A stretch of DNA of 64,000 nt from Desulfobacterales bacterium (GCA_963668645.2 CAXXWC010000018.1:448001-512000); one strand, 5' to 3'; positions 45,092 to 55,803 are shown, numbered from the stretch's first letter. Notes: generated from the sequence alone by a model not told the origin. Numbers and translations are program-made.

Positions 45092-48010
45092 TTACATGCG
45101 CAGGCGTTCGCCGCGCGGATCGTAAAAGGGGGTGGGCGAGACCACGGCCTGTGCCAGCCGGCCGCCGCAGCCATCCTCGTAAATGCCCAGGGCTGTGCCC
45201 TGGACTGCAAGATCCGCGTCCACCAGGGCCAGGCCAACCGGTTCCCTGAGGGTGTGGCTGTAGCGTGCGGTGCAGACATAGCCGCGGATCTTGCGATCCA
45301 CGATGATCGAGCCGTCCCTGGGGGCCGGCGAGGCCGGATCGGCCATGCGAAACCCCACCAGCTTGAGCCGGCCCGGTTGGTGTTCGGTCTGGCGCAGGGC
45401 CGCATCGCCCACTGTTTTGGCCTGCGGTTTGTCCCGGTGCCAGAGAAAGCCGAGTCCCACATCGTGCAAGGTGGTGCGCTGTTCGGACTCCGAGCCGAGG
45501 ATCACATGGCACTTTTCCAGCCTCAGAGTCCCCTGGGCCTCGAGGCCGAAGGGCCGTATCCCGAAATCCTTGCCGGCCTGTGCAAGAAGGTCCCAGACAT
45601 GGACCATCCAGGAAGAGGGCACGTGCAGTTCAAAGGAGAGCTCCCCCACGAATCCGAGCCGCAAAGACCGCACCGGCACTCCGTCCACCGTGAATTCGCG
45701 ATACCCCATATAGGGAAACGCCGCATTGCTCACATCGGCATCGGTCACCCGCGCGAGCACCTCGCGGGCCCTGGGGCCGGCCAGATTGATCGTGCCGTAG
45801 GCATCGGTCAGGTTGACGATGGAAAAATCCCAGCCATCGAAGCGGGTATGGTAACGGATCCATTCCACCGTCACGCCGGCCCGTCCGGTGGAGGTGGTAA
45901 AAAAGAAGTCGTTTTCGCCCCTGGCTACCACCACCCCGTCATCGGTGATGCAGCCGTCCTCGTTGCACATGGCTGAATACTTGGCCCGGCCCTCGGCAAC
46001 CCGCGTCATGTCGCCCACATAGACCCGATCCAGGGCTTTGACGGCGTCCGGGCCGAAGATGCGGAACTTGCCCAGGGTCGACCCGTCCAGCATGCCCACG
46101 TTGGTGCGCACGTTGACGATTTCATCCCGGCAGCAGGCATCGTCGGAAAACCGTCTGGCCCGCTGCCAGACGCCGAGCCGTTCCATGCGGCCGCCATCGG
46201 CCACCTGGCGCCGGTGCACCGGGGTGCGTTTGCACATGTCGTGCTGGGTTCCGGCGTAGGTGGCCAGCAAAGTGGGCACCAGGGGCGGGCGCACCGTGGT
46301 GGGCCGCGGTGTGGGGTCGGGCGAAGTGCCGGCCTGGGCCACGTAGAGCGGCAGGTTGTGGCCGGGGATTCCCCCCTGCCCGGGGCCGGTGCCGGTCGAG
46401 GTGAAACGCTTGATCAGTTCGGGCACATCGAAACCGGCCGCCATGGCCTGGTCGATGTTTTTGACTGTCGCATCCTCGTCGAAACAGATGAAGGTTTTGG
46501 CCCCTGCACCCGGGGCGATGACGAATTTTGAACCGCGCGCCGCTCCGGGCAGATCATCGAGCCGGTCACGCACCTCACGGACCCGGGCGGCCACCTCGGC
46601 GCCGCAGTCGCCGGCGGCCTGCAGGCCCGCCAGGCGTCCTGAAGCCAGAATGGCATCCCAATCTTCAAGGCCCAGGATCCGTCCGGCGGCGTGTACCTGT
46701 TCGGGAAGGGAAGCGGGCACGAAAAATCCTGTATGGGAATCGAAGGCGAGCTTGGCCTGGGACAGGGTAAGCGGCCCGGTGACCGGGGTGAAACCGGCCG
46801 AGGCCACCAGCAGGTCGCAGGCCAGTGTGCGGCAAAAACGGCCGTTGATCGAGGTCAGGGTCGCCTTGGAGACCTGTTGCCGGCCATGGGTCTGACGGGC
46901 CACCCAGCCCCGGTGCAGGGACAGCTTGCGTTGCGCCAGGGCTTCGAGCAGGGCAGGATCCTGGCCGTCCTGGCGGGTGTCGGCCACCGCGGCGATCTCC
47001 AGCCCAAGATCGAACAGATCCACGGCCGCCTCGAGCCCGGCATCGTGTGCCACACTGAATACGGCCCGGGTGCCGGGCAAAATACCCCAGGTATGCGCCA
47101 ACCGGTGGGCGCAACCGGCCTGCATGACCCCGGGCCGTTCGTTGTGTTCGAAGAGCAGGGGGCGCTCGATGCAGCCGGTGGCCACCACCAGGCTGGCAGT
47201 TCGGATTTCGATGTAGCGCTCGTCAAAGTCCTGATCGCTCCCGCCGCGTTGAAAGGCCGTCACCTGCCCATTGCTGTAACCGCCGATGACCGGCGCCCGG
47301 GTGAAAACCCGGATCCTGGGATCGGCCAAGATCTGTCGGGCCAGTTCGGCGCTCTTGTGACAGTAGGCAATTCCGTCCCCGGCGGTCTTGATCCGGTGTT
47401 CGAAGGCCCCGCCCAACCAGGGGCGTGATTCGAGCAGCACCACCCGCAAGCCCTGGTCCGCCGCGGCCAGGGCCGCGGCCATCCCGGCCGGGCCGCCGCC
47501 GGCAACGCAGACATCGGCGGCCGGGTAGATCTCGTCGAAGCGGCCCGGCATGCGGAAATCTGCATCCAGGCGGCCGAGTCCCGCAGCCTTGCGGATCTGG
47601 CGCATGGCGATGGGCCAGATGCGCGCCGGCTTGTGGAACACACGGTAGTAGAAACCGGCCGGCATGGCCCAACTCAAAGTGTCCATGAACTGCATGGCAT
47701 CCCATTCGGGACTCCCCTTGACGTTCTGGGGCATGACCCGCATCCCCTCGCTCAAGGCGGTGGTTTCGCAGCACACGTTGGGGATTCCGTCGACGGCCAT
47801 CAGGGTGTTGGAAGATTCCCCGTCGAGGCTGTAAAGACCCCGGGGGCGATGGTACTTGAGGCTTCGGCCGAAAATGCGCACCCCGCCGGCGAACAGGGCT
47901 GTGGCGATGGTATCCCCCTTGAGACCCTGCATGGCTTTGCCGCGATAGGTCAAAGTGCGGGGGGTGCCGGGCTCGATGCGCAGCGTGGGCAGGTGGTTGA
48001 GCCGTGTCAT
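45092..48010 (-). CDS. soxA: Sarcosine oxidase alpha-like subunit
   Basis: GDTIATAL, RSLKYHRPRG, GGGPAG, ATGCIERP, RPP, C-terminal GcvT domain ending FYDP.GER. Confidence 0.9.
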   Translation of the reverse strand: MTRLNHLPTLRIEPGTPRTLTYRGKAMQGLKGDTIATALFAGGVRIFGRSLKYHRPRGLYSLDGESSNTLMAVDGIPNVCCETTALSEGMRVMPQNVKGSPEWDAMQFMDTLSWAMPAGFYYRVFHKPARIWPIAMRQIRKAAGLGRLDADFRMPGRFDEIYPAADVCVAGGGPAGMAAALAAADQGLRVVLLESRPWLGGAFEHRIKTAGDGIAYCHKSAELARQILADPRIRVFTRAPVIGGYSNGQVTAFQRGGSDQDFDERYIEIRTASLVVATGCIERPLLFEHNERPGVMQAGCAHRLAHTWGILPGTRAVFSVAHDAGLEAAVDLFDLGLEIAAVADTRQDGQDPALLEALAQRKLSLHRGWVARQTHGRQQVSKATLTSINGRFCRTLACDLLVASAGFTPVTGPLTLSQAKLAFDSHTGFFVPASLPEQVHAAGRILGLEDWDAILASGRLAGLQAAGDCGAEVAARVREVRDRLDDLPGAARGSKFVIAPGAGAKTFICFDEDATVKNIDQAMAAGFDVPELIKRFTSTGTGPGQGGIPGHNLPLYVAQAGTSPDPTPRPTTVRPPLVPTLLATYAGTQHDMCKRTPVHRRQVADGGRMERLGVWQRARRFSDDACCRDEIVNVRTNVGMLDGSTLGKFRIFGPDAVKALDRVYVGDMTRVAEGRAKYSAMCNEDGCITDDGVVVARGENDFFFTTSTGRAGVTVEWIRYHTRFDGWDFSIVNLTDAYGTINLAGPRAREVLARVTDADVSNAAFPYMGYREFTVDGVPVRSLRLGFVGELSFELHVPSSWMVHVWDLLAQAGKDFGIRPFGLEAQGTLRLEKCHVILGSESEQRTTLHDVGLGFLWHRDKPQAKTVGDAALRQTEHQPGRLKLVGFRMADPASPAPRDGSIIVDRKIRGYVCTARYSHTLREPVGLALVDADLAVQGTALGIYEDGCGGRLAQAVVSPTPFYDPRGERLRM

Positions 48011-48273
48011 CAGACCGCCTCCGCAACGTCGGGGGTAACTTCGAGATTGGTCGTGGTGTCCCGGCAAATGGTGAACCAGGCACCGCAGCCGCTGCGGTGG
48101 TACCACCATTCTTTCTGGACGCCGAGACGCGAGCAGTTCAGGTGGGCATAGTCGCACCAGGCTTCGGGACTCAGGTGCTGCGGATCGGGCCGCGGTCCCT
48201 TGTCCTCGCCGCCGAACCGGAATTCGTATCCGCTGCGCGGTCCGCAGATGGGGCAGGTGATGGTGAATGCCAT
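48010..48273 (-). CDS. soxD: Sarcosine oxidase delta-like subunit
   Basis: CPICGPR..EF, EWWYH..GC..WF..RDT. Confidence 0.9.
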   Translation of the reverse strand: MAFTITCPICGPRSGYEFRFGGEDKGPRPDPQHLSPEAWCDYAHLNCSRLGVQKEWWYHRSGCGAWFTICRDTTTNLEVTPDVAEAV

Positions 48274-48314
48274 GGCCGTTCTCCTGCGCATGCCCGCCCT
48301 GGCCGGGCGGGGCG

Positions 48315-49535
48315 TCAATTGTTGGCGCTGTAGTCCACCAAGGCCGCGGTCTCTCCCATGAGCCGGTGATCCTGGAACCGTTGCAGGCCGAAAGGCTTGA
48401 GCATCTCCGGACACTGGCCGGTGGCCATGTAGCGAGCCATGTACTTGCCGGTGACGGTGGACGACTTGAAGCCGAAATAGCCCCATCCGCAGTCCAGATA
48501 ATAGCCCTGCACCGGATCGTTGCCGTCCAGGATGGGGGCCATGTCGGGGGTCATGTCGGCCAGCCCGCCCCAGATGCGCATGAACTTGACGCCCTTGAGG
48601 CAGGGCAGAAACTCGGTGAGCGTTTCGGCCTGGTGCTTGATGTAATGGGCCGTGGTTTGGGTGGTGTAATTGGGCCACGGGTCCATGTGGGCTCCAGAGA
48701 CGATCTCGCCCTTGAGAGACTGGTTGGCGTAGCAGTGGTAGGCCCCGGACGAGACCACGTGGTGCAGCAGCGGTTTGAGCGGCTGGGTGACCATGGCCTG
48801 GATGGTCAGAACGCTGACGGGCAGCCGCTGGCCCAGATAGCGGTAGGCGAGTCCGGCTGCATAGGCCCCGGCGGCGTTGAGCACCCTGGAGGTGTGGATT
48901 TTTCCCCTGTCGGTCTCCACCCAGGCGACCTTGCCCCTGTCGACTCCGATTCCGGTGACTTCGGTTCCCTGGTGGATGTGGATTCCGCGTCGGCTTGCGC
49001 CCCTGGCCAAGCCCCAGACCACCGCGTCGTGGCGCAGGATTCCTCCCGGTGGATGCCACATGGCCCCGGAGATGGGGTGGCGGGGCCGATCGGAAATATC
49101 CAGAGCCGGCACCAGTTCCTTACACTCCTGGGGGTCCACCAGGCGGCTGTCGATACCCAGAAACTGCGCCGAGGCCACATGCAGGCGCATGGCCTTGAGC
49201 GCCGCTTCGCCGTGGGCCAGGTTGAGGTTCCCGCAATTGAAGAACATCAGATTGAAATCCAGCTCACGGGTCAGAACGGGCCACAGTTCCAGGGCTTCCT
49301 TGTAAAGTGGAAGGTTTTCCTGGGTCCTCTGATTGGCGCGCACGATGGCGGTGTTGCGGCCTGCGGCGCCGAACCCGATAAAGCGCTTCTCGATGACGGC
49401 CACATCGGTCATGCCATGGTCGCGGGCCAGGAAATAGGCCGTTGCCAGTCCGTGCAGCCCGCCGCCGATGATCACGGCGTCATAGTGGGATTTGAGGGGA
49501 CGCGAGGGCCAGAAGCGTTGCGATCGACCGAACAT
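48315..49535 (-). CDS. soxB: Sarcosine oxidase beta-like FAD subunit
   Basis: IIGGGLHGLATAY, GRNTAIVR, RHDAVVWG, DMTPD..P, GWGYFGFK. Confidence 0.9.
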   Translation of the reverse strand: MFGRSQRFWPSRPLKSHYDAVIIGGGLHGLATAYFLARDHGMTDVAVIEKRFIGFGAAGRNTAIVRANQRTQENLPLYKEALELWPVLTRELDFNLMFFNCGNLNLAHGEAALKAMRLHVASAQFLGIDSRLVDPQECKELVPALDISDRPRHPISGAMWHPPGGILRHDAVVWGLARGASRRGIHIHQGTEVTGIGVDRGKVAWVETDRGKIHTSRVLNAAGAYAAGLAYRYLGQRLPVSVLTIQAMVTQPLKPLLHHVVSSGAYHCYANQSLKGEIVSGAHMDPWPNYTTQTTAHYIKHQAETLTEFLPCLKGVKFMRIWGGLADMTPDMAPILDGNDPVQGYYLDCGWGYFGFKSSTVTGKYMARYMATGQCPEMLKPFGLQRFQDHRLMGETAALVDYSANN

Positions 49536-49591
49536 TGGATCCCCCTGTCAGAAAGGGAGTGATTGGTGTTCATTTGTTATGAATGGACATA

Positions 49592-49603
49592 TTTCATATG
49601 AAA
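49592..49603. promoter_or_regulatory. Palindrome in the AT-rich divergent promoter region; candidate RpiR operator
   Basis: TTTCATATGAAA, next to a minus-strand TTGACT. Confidence 0.4.
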
Positions 49604-49888
49604 CATATTAAGTCAAGAAATTTTGAAAGGCGAAACGCTGGCATAGAACTAAAATGTATATAACTATATATAATTAGGTAGTAAAAAATATTCTTGGGGC
49701 GTTGTAAGAGCGCAGGATCGTATGGGCTGTGCAACTTTTATTGATTAATATTTCGACATTTGATAGTTTTTGTTTCATAAACGGCCTTAAGTTGAGTTTT
49801 CCGGTTTTTGTCCAAATGTGATAAGCAACGGCCGCTCAGAACGGCCTATCATCTCAAAACAGCCAAACGTGCTGTGAAAGGAAGGCAG

Positions 49889-50779
49889 ATGAATCCTCGA
49901 AAAAACGGCATCCAATCCCTGGTCCGCCGCATTTCCGAGCTTCAGCAAGAACTTACCCCCAAGGGTCGCATCCTCGGGGAATACGTTATCGAAAATCTTC
50001 CCAAGGTTGTTTTCATGACGGTGGCGGAATTGGCCAGGGCCTGTGGGGTCAGTGAGGCGACGGTGGTCCGTTTCGTGGCTCAGCTCGGGTTCGGCGGATA
50101 TACCAGTTTCAAACAGGCCCTGCGGGATTTCATGGATGTCGAGTTGACGCTGCTGGATCGGGTGGACATGATGGCTGCCCTGGAACCGAGGACCGAACGG
50201 TTTCAGCGGGTCGTTTACGAAGAAATTGACAACCTGCGCCAACTCTTCGAGCACATCGATATGGCACAGGCCGAGCGGGTGATCGCCCTGCTCCAGGACA
50301 GCCCCCAGATTTTCGTGATCGGTTCCCGCCTGTCCTACAGCGCCGCCTACTACCTGGGATGGTCCCTGACCAAAATCCGCGGAGGAATCCAGATCTTCAA
50401 GGGCAGTGACAAGGCCAACATCGACTGGCTCACCATCGCCCCGGTCGAGACGCTGGTGGTCATCGTGGCCCAGTCACGATACCCCAACGAACTGATCCGT
50501 CTGGGCAACCTCGTCAAACGTCTGGGGCAGCAACTCGTGGTGATCACGGACAGCAGGGCCTGCCCGCTGCTGCACTGTGCCGATGAGAGCCTCATCGCGC
50601 CTTCGACCTATATCCCGCTTATCGGCAGTCCGACAACGATCGCCTGCCTGGTCAACTATCTGATCCAGGAGCTGGCCAGCCGGTATGGCCCCGAACTCAA
50701 GCAGCACCAGGAGAAACTGGAACAGTCCTACTGGGAAAACGATGTGCTTTTCAACATCAAGCGCCAGCCCGCAGAATAA
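49889..50779 (+). CDS. MurR/RpiR family transcriptional regulator
   Basis: ELARACGVSEATVVRF...LGF.GY HTH plus SIS domain (IGSRLS, SRYP, ITDS). Confidence 0.93.
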   Translation: MNPRKNGIQSLVRRISELQQELTPKGRILGEYVIENLPKVVFMTVAELARACGVSEATVVRFVAQLGFGGYTSFKQALRDFMDVELTLLDRVDMMAALEPRTERFQRVVYEEIDNLRQLFEHIDMAQAERVIALLQDSPQIFVIGSRLSYSAAYYLGWSLTKIRGGIQIFKGSDKANIDWLTIAPVETLVVIVAQSRYPNELIRLGNLVKRLGQQLVVITDSRACPLLHCADESLIAPSTYIPLIGSPTTIACLVNYLIQELASRYGPELKQHQEKLEQSYWENDVLFNIKRQPAE

Positions 50780-50815
50780 ATCCCGCCGGCACCGAAGGGG
50801 ATGCAGATCCGATGG

Positions 50816-52047
50816 TCATTTCTTACCGGACCGCGCCCAATCATAGACGGCCTCCACAGTCCGGAAGACCCCATCCCAGGTATAGCTTGCCAGCAATCGG
50901 CCGTAAGCGCTGAGATCGGGGATGGGGGTCTCGATGGCGGCATTGAGCTGATCGGAAAGTTTGGTGGCCAGACGTGCGATGAAATCCCCGGCCCCGTTCG
51001 GGTCGGGGGTTTCGATATCCGCCATGGGAGGAAGCGCCACCAGGCGTAAGGCCGGATCCGGGATGGCTTCGAAAAATTCCCGCACCCCGGGCAGGGCGGT
51101 CGCCACCAGACGGCATCCGCTGGCCAGGGCTTCGAGCAGGACCAGGGGCAGACCCTCGAAAAAGGAGGGCAGCACGAAGATGTGGGCCTTGCGCATGCGC
51201 GCGGCCAGAGCGCTCTGGTCGATGGGCCCGGTGACCGTGACCCGCTCGCCCAGCCGTGCGGCTGCTTGCAGCACCTCTTCCTGTTCCTCCCCGCTGCCCC
51301 CGCCGACCAGAGTCAGGTGCCAGTCCGGGGCGTCGATTCTCGCCAGGGCCTTCATCAGCCAGGAGGCGCCCTTGGTGCGGCTGAGCTTGCCGGCAAAGAG
51401 GATCTGCACCGGATCGGGGGGCCGGCTTGGGTTCCGGGTAAAAGCGCGTCTCGTCGTAGCCTGCGCCGGCCACATGGATGCGCCTGGGCGCGATGGCGTA
51501 AAGTTCGGCGATTTCGTCTTGCTGGATGCGGCTCAGGGCCAGCACGGCGTCTATACGGCGGCAGGCGCCGGCCACATGGGGGCGCAGTGTGGGCACATTG
51601 GCGGAACTGGCGCAGATCCGTACCGTGACAGCTCGTCACCAGGGGCAGGTCCGGGAAAAGGCGGCGCACCCGGGCGCTGAGCAGCCACAAATGATGGCTG
51701 TGGATCAGGTCGGGGTGAAATTCGGCTGCCGCCTCCTGCAAACGCCGATCGAAGGCCGCATGGTAGGCATCGATCTGCTTGGTGCCAAGATCGATGAAGC
51801 GGCAGCTGGGGTAGGGCATTACATCACTCATGCCCACCACGTCGAAGGGCAGGTCCGCGCCGCCGAAATGAACGAAACGGCAACGTCCGGCCGGCAGTTC
51901 GGAAATTTCGGGGTGGTCCGGACCGGGAACCCCGGCCAAGAGGAAGTTGTCATGCCCGCGGCGGGCCGCCGCGGCGATCATGGCCCGGACATATATTCCG
52001 CTGCCGGTGGCTTCAGGTCGCTGGCTCAGGACGTGAAGGATGCGCAT
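50816..52047 (-). pseudogene. GT4 glycosyltransferase broken by two frameshifts
   Basis: Homology runs through three frames: MRILHV..HGTDL (51355..52047), DAVLALS..GAGYD (50841..51596), FAGKL..EGLPLVLLEA (50816..51475). Confidence 0.85.
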
Positions 52048-52166
52048 GGTTCTATCTTAAGGCATTTATCTGGTTCGAAAAAGAAGATTTGATCGCCTCC
52101 GTAAACAGCGCCGGTGTGAAAAAGTGGTTGCGCGCGGCCAAGGCGCAGCTGGATTTTGCCGCGGAT

Positions 52167-53099
52167 CTAGACATTGCGGCTCAACGGGACAGCCGGCACC
52201 GGGGGCCTGTGGCGGTGGTTGATGCAAACGATGCCGGCGGCGATCAAGGCCAGGGCGGCCAGAAGATAAGGGGTCAACGGTTCATCCAGGATCAGGCCGC
52301 CGAGAAGCACGCCTGCGATGGGCATGATGAAAATGAAAACATGCAGGTTGACCGCCCCGTAGGTTTGCAGCAAACGGTTCCAGGCCACGAAACCGAAGGC
52401 GGCCACCACCAGGCTCTGGTAGACGAGCCCGGCCATCACCGGCCCGTCGATCCGCGTGACGGCCGGGGTATCAAAGATCGCGCTGAGCACCAGGGAGACC
52501 GGAATCGCCGCCAGCATCGGGTAGAAGACCACCTGGAAAGGGGAGAGGTCTTCCAGGAGCCGTTTGACCAGGATGCCGTTGCAGGCCCAGACAAGGGCTG
52601 CGGCCATGACGATCCACTCGCCCCCCCAAGATCCTGCCGCCCCGGCCGATCCGGGAAAGATGAGGCAGATGATGCCGGCGAACCCAAGCGCCAGACCGGC
52701 GATTTTGCGTGTGGTGATCCGTTCGCCGGGGATGAAGTAGTGCGCCAGGATCAGCAGGAAGAAAGGTTGCAGGTTCGCCATGAGCACCGCCCGTGAGGCC
52801 GGGGCTCGGCTCAAGCCGAGGTAGAAGAGCGTGAGTTGGACCGTGAAGGTGAAGCTGATCAGCCCCAGGCGGGGACGGTTCTCCGGCGGGACGGCAAAGG
52901 CCTGGCCCGTGGCTCTGGCCCAGATAAAGAGCGCACCTGCGGCTGCGGCAAAGCGCAATCCGGCCGTTGCAAAGATGCCCATGCCGGCAAGGGTGATCTT
53001 TACCGCCACCGTGTTGGCACCAAAAAGCACGCACAGCGCCGCGGCGGCCAGCGCCGCGCGCAATGGAAGCTCGGTGGTCACAGGGCGGGATAGGGGCAC
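52167..53099 (-). CDS. DMT/EamA family transporter
   Basis: About ten hydrophobic helices; LRF, QPFF, GERIT..K, EPLT. Confidence 0.9.
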   Translation of the reverse strand: MPLSRPVTTELPLRAALAAAALCVLFGANTVAVKITLAGMGIFATAGLRFAAAAGALFIWARATGQAFAVPPENRPRLGLISFTFTVQLTLFYLGLSRAPASRAVLMANLQPFFLLILAHYFIPGERITTRKIAGLALGFAGIICLIFPGSAGAAGSWGGEWIVMAAALVWACNGILVKRLLEDLSPFQVVFYPMLAAIPVSLVLSAIFDTPAVTRIDGPVMAGLVYQSLVVAAFGFVAWNRLLQTYGAVNLHVFIFIMPIAGVLLGGLILDEPLTPYLLAALALIAAGIVCINHRHRPPVPAVPLSRNV

Positions 53100-53157
53100 G
53101 GATCGACTCCAGTAATAAATTGGTGGTGATTCAAGGATTTCAGATCGTAGCGACGCG

Positions 53158-53688
53158 TTACTTCAACAGATATTCCCAAAAAGCCGCCGCGTCGCGGGCG
53201 ACAAAGTCGATGCCGGTCCGGGCGGCCAGGTCCGGGTCGGCGGCAAAAACCGGGCCCCCGGCCACGATGCGGGTGGCGGCCGGAATCCCGCTTCGCACCT
53301 CGATCAGTGGCGCCTCGGTGTCGAACTGCAAGACGGTCAGCCCCAGCAGATCCGGGCGGTGCTGCCGGCACGCGGCGATGATTGCCTGTGCTGTCAGCAT
53401 GGTGCCCAGCGGCAGCAGGTGCAGGCCGGCGGCCTCGGCGAAGCGGTGAATGATCTCGAGGCCGTGGCCGAATCCGTCGTCCAGGGTGGCGGTGGCCATA
53501 AGCGGCGGACAGGGCCAGAGACCAACGATATTCCTGTCGCGGCGGAAGCGGTCGACTGCGGCGGCCGTCTCCAGAAGCGTTTGACGCGAGGGGCGCTCAG
53601 GGCCGCGCAATTTTTCCAGGTGCCTTCGGATTTCAGCGCGCAGTGCTTTTTCGCTATGCAGGTAAGTTTCCACGTCGACTCCTGTCAA
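53158..53688 (-). CDS. B12-binding-fold protein with a degenerate cobalt motif
   Basis: ATLDDGFGHG, PDLLGLT, VAGGP; start uncertain. Confidence 0.7.
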   Translation of the reverse strand: MTGVDVETYLHSEKALRAEIRRHLEKLRGPERPSRQTLLETAAAVDRFRRDRNIVGLWPCPPLMATATLDDGFGHGLEIIHRFAEAAGLHLLPLGTMLTAQAIIAACRQHRPDLLGLTVLQFDTEAPLIEVRSGIPAATRIVAGGPVFAADPDLAARTGIDFVARDAAAFWEYLLK

Positions 53689-53705
53689 ATGGCCGGCATC
53701 GGCGC

Positions 53706-54497
53706 CTATGCGGGCAGGGCCGCAATGAAGCCGGAAACGGCAGTCATCCAGGCCTGGGGCGCTTCATTGTGGGGGGTGTGGCCGCAACCGGGCAGGATCA
53801 GGCAATCGGCCGGACCGTTGACCGCATTGACGATGCCTTCCACCTGAGCCCGTTCGCCGTATGAATCCGCCGCGCCCTGGATCGCCAGCACCGGACAGGT
53901 CACCTGCCGTATTTCGGCTTCGATGGACCAGCGGCGAAACCAGGGGGCCAGCCAGGTATCGGCCCAGGCTCGGAACACCGCATCGGTTTTAGCGCCGTGA
54001 TACTGGTTCAGCGCCTGGCGCAGGTTCCCCTTCTCATAGGCCGTCACGGCTTTGCGGATGCCTGCCAGGGTGGTTTCGTCCACGAAGATGTGGGCCGCCT
54101 CGGTGGCGATGGCGCTGCAGCGTTCCGGAAATCTGGCGCCGCAGAGCAGGGCGATGGACCCCCCGTCGCTGTGGCCGATCAGCACGGCTTTTTCGATTCC
54201 AAGTGCGTCCAGAAAAGCCGGCAGATGAATATGGGCTTCGTGGTGCAGATACCGGATGTCCCGCGGCGTGGTGCACGGGCTGCTGCGGCCGTAGCCGCGA
54301 CGGTCATAGACAATGGTTTGCCGTCCGGTGGCCGCGGCCAGGGCGGCCGGCCGGTCGCGCCAAAACTCGATGCACCCGAGCCCTTCATGGAGCAGCACCA
54401 GGGGGGCACCGCTTCCTGACACAGCCGGAAGGTGAATTTGAACCCGGAGGCGGCAGCCTTCCACTTGCAGCCACTGTTCTTGGAACGTGTTCGGCAT
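53706..54497 (-). CDS. Alpha/beta hydrolase
   Basis: LLHEGLG, DRRGYG.S, GHSDG, CGHTPH. Confidence 0.92.
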   Translation of the reverse strand: MPNTFQEQWLQVEGCRLRVQIHLPAVSGSGAPLVLLHEGLGCIEFWRDRPAALAAATGRQTIVYDRRGYGRSSPCTTPRDIRYLHHEAHIHLPAFLDALGIEKAVLIGHSDGGSIALLCGARFPERCSAIATEAAHIFVDETTLAGIRKAVTAYEKGNLRQALNQYHGAKTDAVFRAWADTWLAPWFRRWSIEAEIRQVTCPVLAIQGAADSYGERAQVEGIVNAVNGPADCLILPGCGHTPHNEAPQAWMTAVSGFIAALPA

Positions 54498-54587
54498 CTG
54501 ACCTGTAAGGAAAGGTTTGTTTTTTCCGATACCCCGGCGGCCCCAGCTCTCTGTACCCGGGTAGCGCCAGGCACCTTGGCAGCCGGA

Positions 54588-55694
54588 TCAGCTTTCAATG
54601 AATCCTTCAAAGGCCGCAAGGGCCTCGGGCAGGCCGCGGCGACCGAAGCCGATGCGGAAGTGATTGCCCGGGTGGTTGTAAACCGTGCCGGGAAGCAGCA
54701 AGACCCCTGCCTGGGAGATCAGGCACCGGCAGAAGTCGGCCGCATCCTCTTGTTTGAGCCTTGGAAAGGCGATGGGACCGGCCCGGGGCCGCACCCAGGC
54801 GAAGCGGTCGGTGTGGCGCGCGAAAAAGCCGTCCAGCAGACTCAAATTGGCGCGGATGGTGGACAGGCTGCGGGCCGCCAGGACTTCACGGTGCCGCAAA
54901 GCCAGCGACGCGAGAAACTCGCTCGGGGCGCTGTTGCAGATGGTGGTGTAATCCTTGAGCGACGCCATGCGCCGGTAAAGGTCCGCGTTGCGGGTGGCGA
55001 TCCAGCCGATGCGAAGACCTGCAAGGCCGTATGTCTTGGAAAGCACGCCCAGCGAAACGGACCGTTCGTCCAGGTCGCAGGCTGCCGGCAGGCGCAGAGC
55101 CGGATCGTATTCCGATTCGCGGTAAACCTCATCGGAAAAAAGAATCAACCCGCGGTCGCGAACGATTTCGATCAGTGCCCCCTGGTCGGCGGCGGACATG
55201 AGATAGCCGGTAGGGTTGTGCGGCGTGTTGACCACCACGACCCGGGTCTCGGGGCGGATGAGGGCTTTCAATTCATCCGGATCCAAGGCCCAACCGTTTT
55301 CCTCCCTGGATTGCCAGAAGGTTACGTCGCAGCCGAGACTGCGGGCCACTTCGAAGAGCGACTGGTAGCAGGGCCAATGGACGATAACATGGTCTCCGGG
55401 GTGTAGTGCGGCCTGCATAAAAAGGAATATGGCCTCTTCGGCACCGGTGTGGACCAGTATCCGGCCGGCATCAACGGTGGCATAGATCCGGGCGATTTCT
55501 CGACGCAGGGCTGGATGCCCGGGCGCTTCAGTGTAGCCGAGCCAGCAGTTTTGGAACGCCTCGGCGGCATCGGCTTCCAGACCGAGCAGTTCGCCGATGG
55601 TCATCGCCTCGCAGTCCGAGGCGCACGCTAGATGGCGTACGGCGAACTCGTAGCGGGCAAAGTAGCGTTCCAGTTGAAAAGGCGGCAGGTTCAT
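54588..55694 (-). CDS. PLP-dependent class I/II aminotransferase
   Basis: NTPHNPTG, DEVY, SKTYGLAGLRIGW. Confidence 0.94.
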   Translation of the reverse strand: MNLPPFQLERYFARYEFAVRHLACASDCEAMTIGELLGLEADAAEAFQNCWLGYTEAPGHPALRREIARIYATVDAGRILVHTGAEEAIFLFMQAALHPGDHVIVHWPCYQSLFEVARSLGCDVTFWQSREENGWALDPDELKALIRPETRVVVVNTPHNPTGYLMSAADQGALIEIVRDRGLILFSDEVYRESEYDPALRLPAACDLDERSVSLGVLSKTYGLAGLRIGWIATRNADLYRRMASLKDYTTICNSAPSEFLASLALRHREVLAARSLSTIRANLSLLDGFFARHTDRFAWVRPRAGPIAFPRLKQEDAADFCRCLISQAGVLLLPGTVYNHPGNHFRIGFGRRGLPEALAAFEGFIES

Positions 55695-55759
55695 CGGGTC
55701 GAGACGATATCCGATGACGGCGGTAAAGACAAGTGGTGCGCCGAACGGACTTCATTATC

Positions 55760-55803
55760 TGGTCTGTCAAAAAACACTTGACAGATTTCAACTGGTATGA
55801 CAC
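55760..55803. promoter_or_regulatory. Two degenerate FadR-type boxes around a TTGACA
   Basis: TGGTCTGTCAA (55760-55770) and TGGTATGACAC (55793-55803), similar to the perfect box at 58296. Confidence 0.5.
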
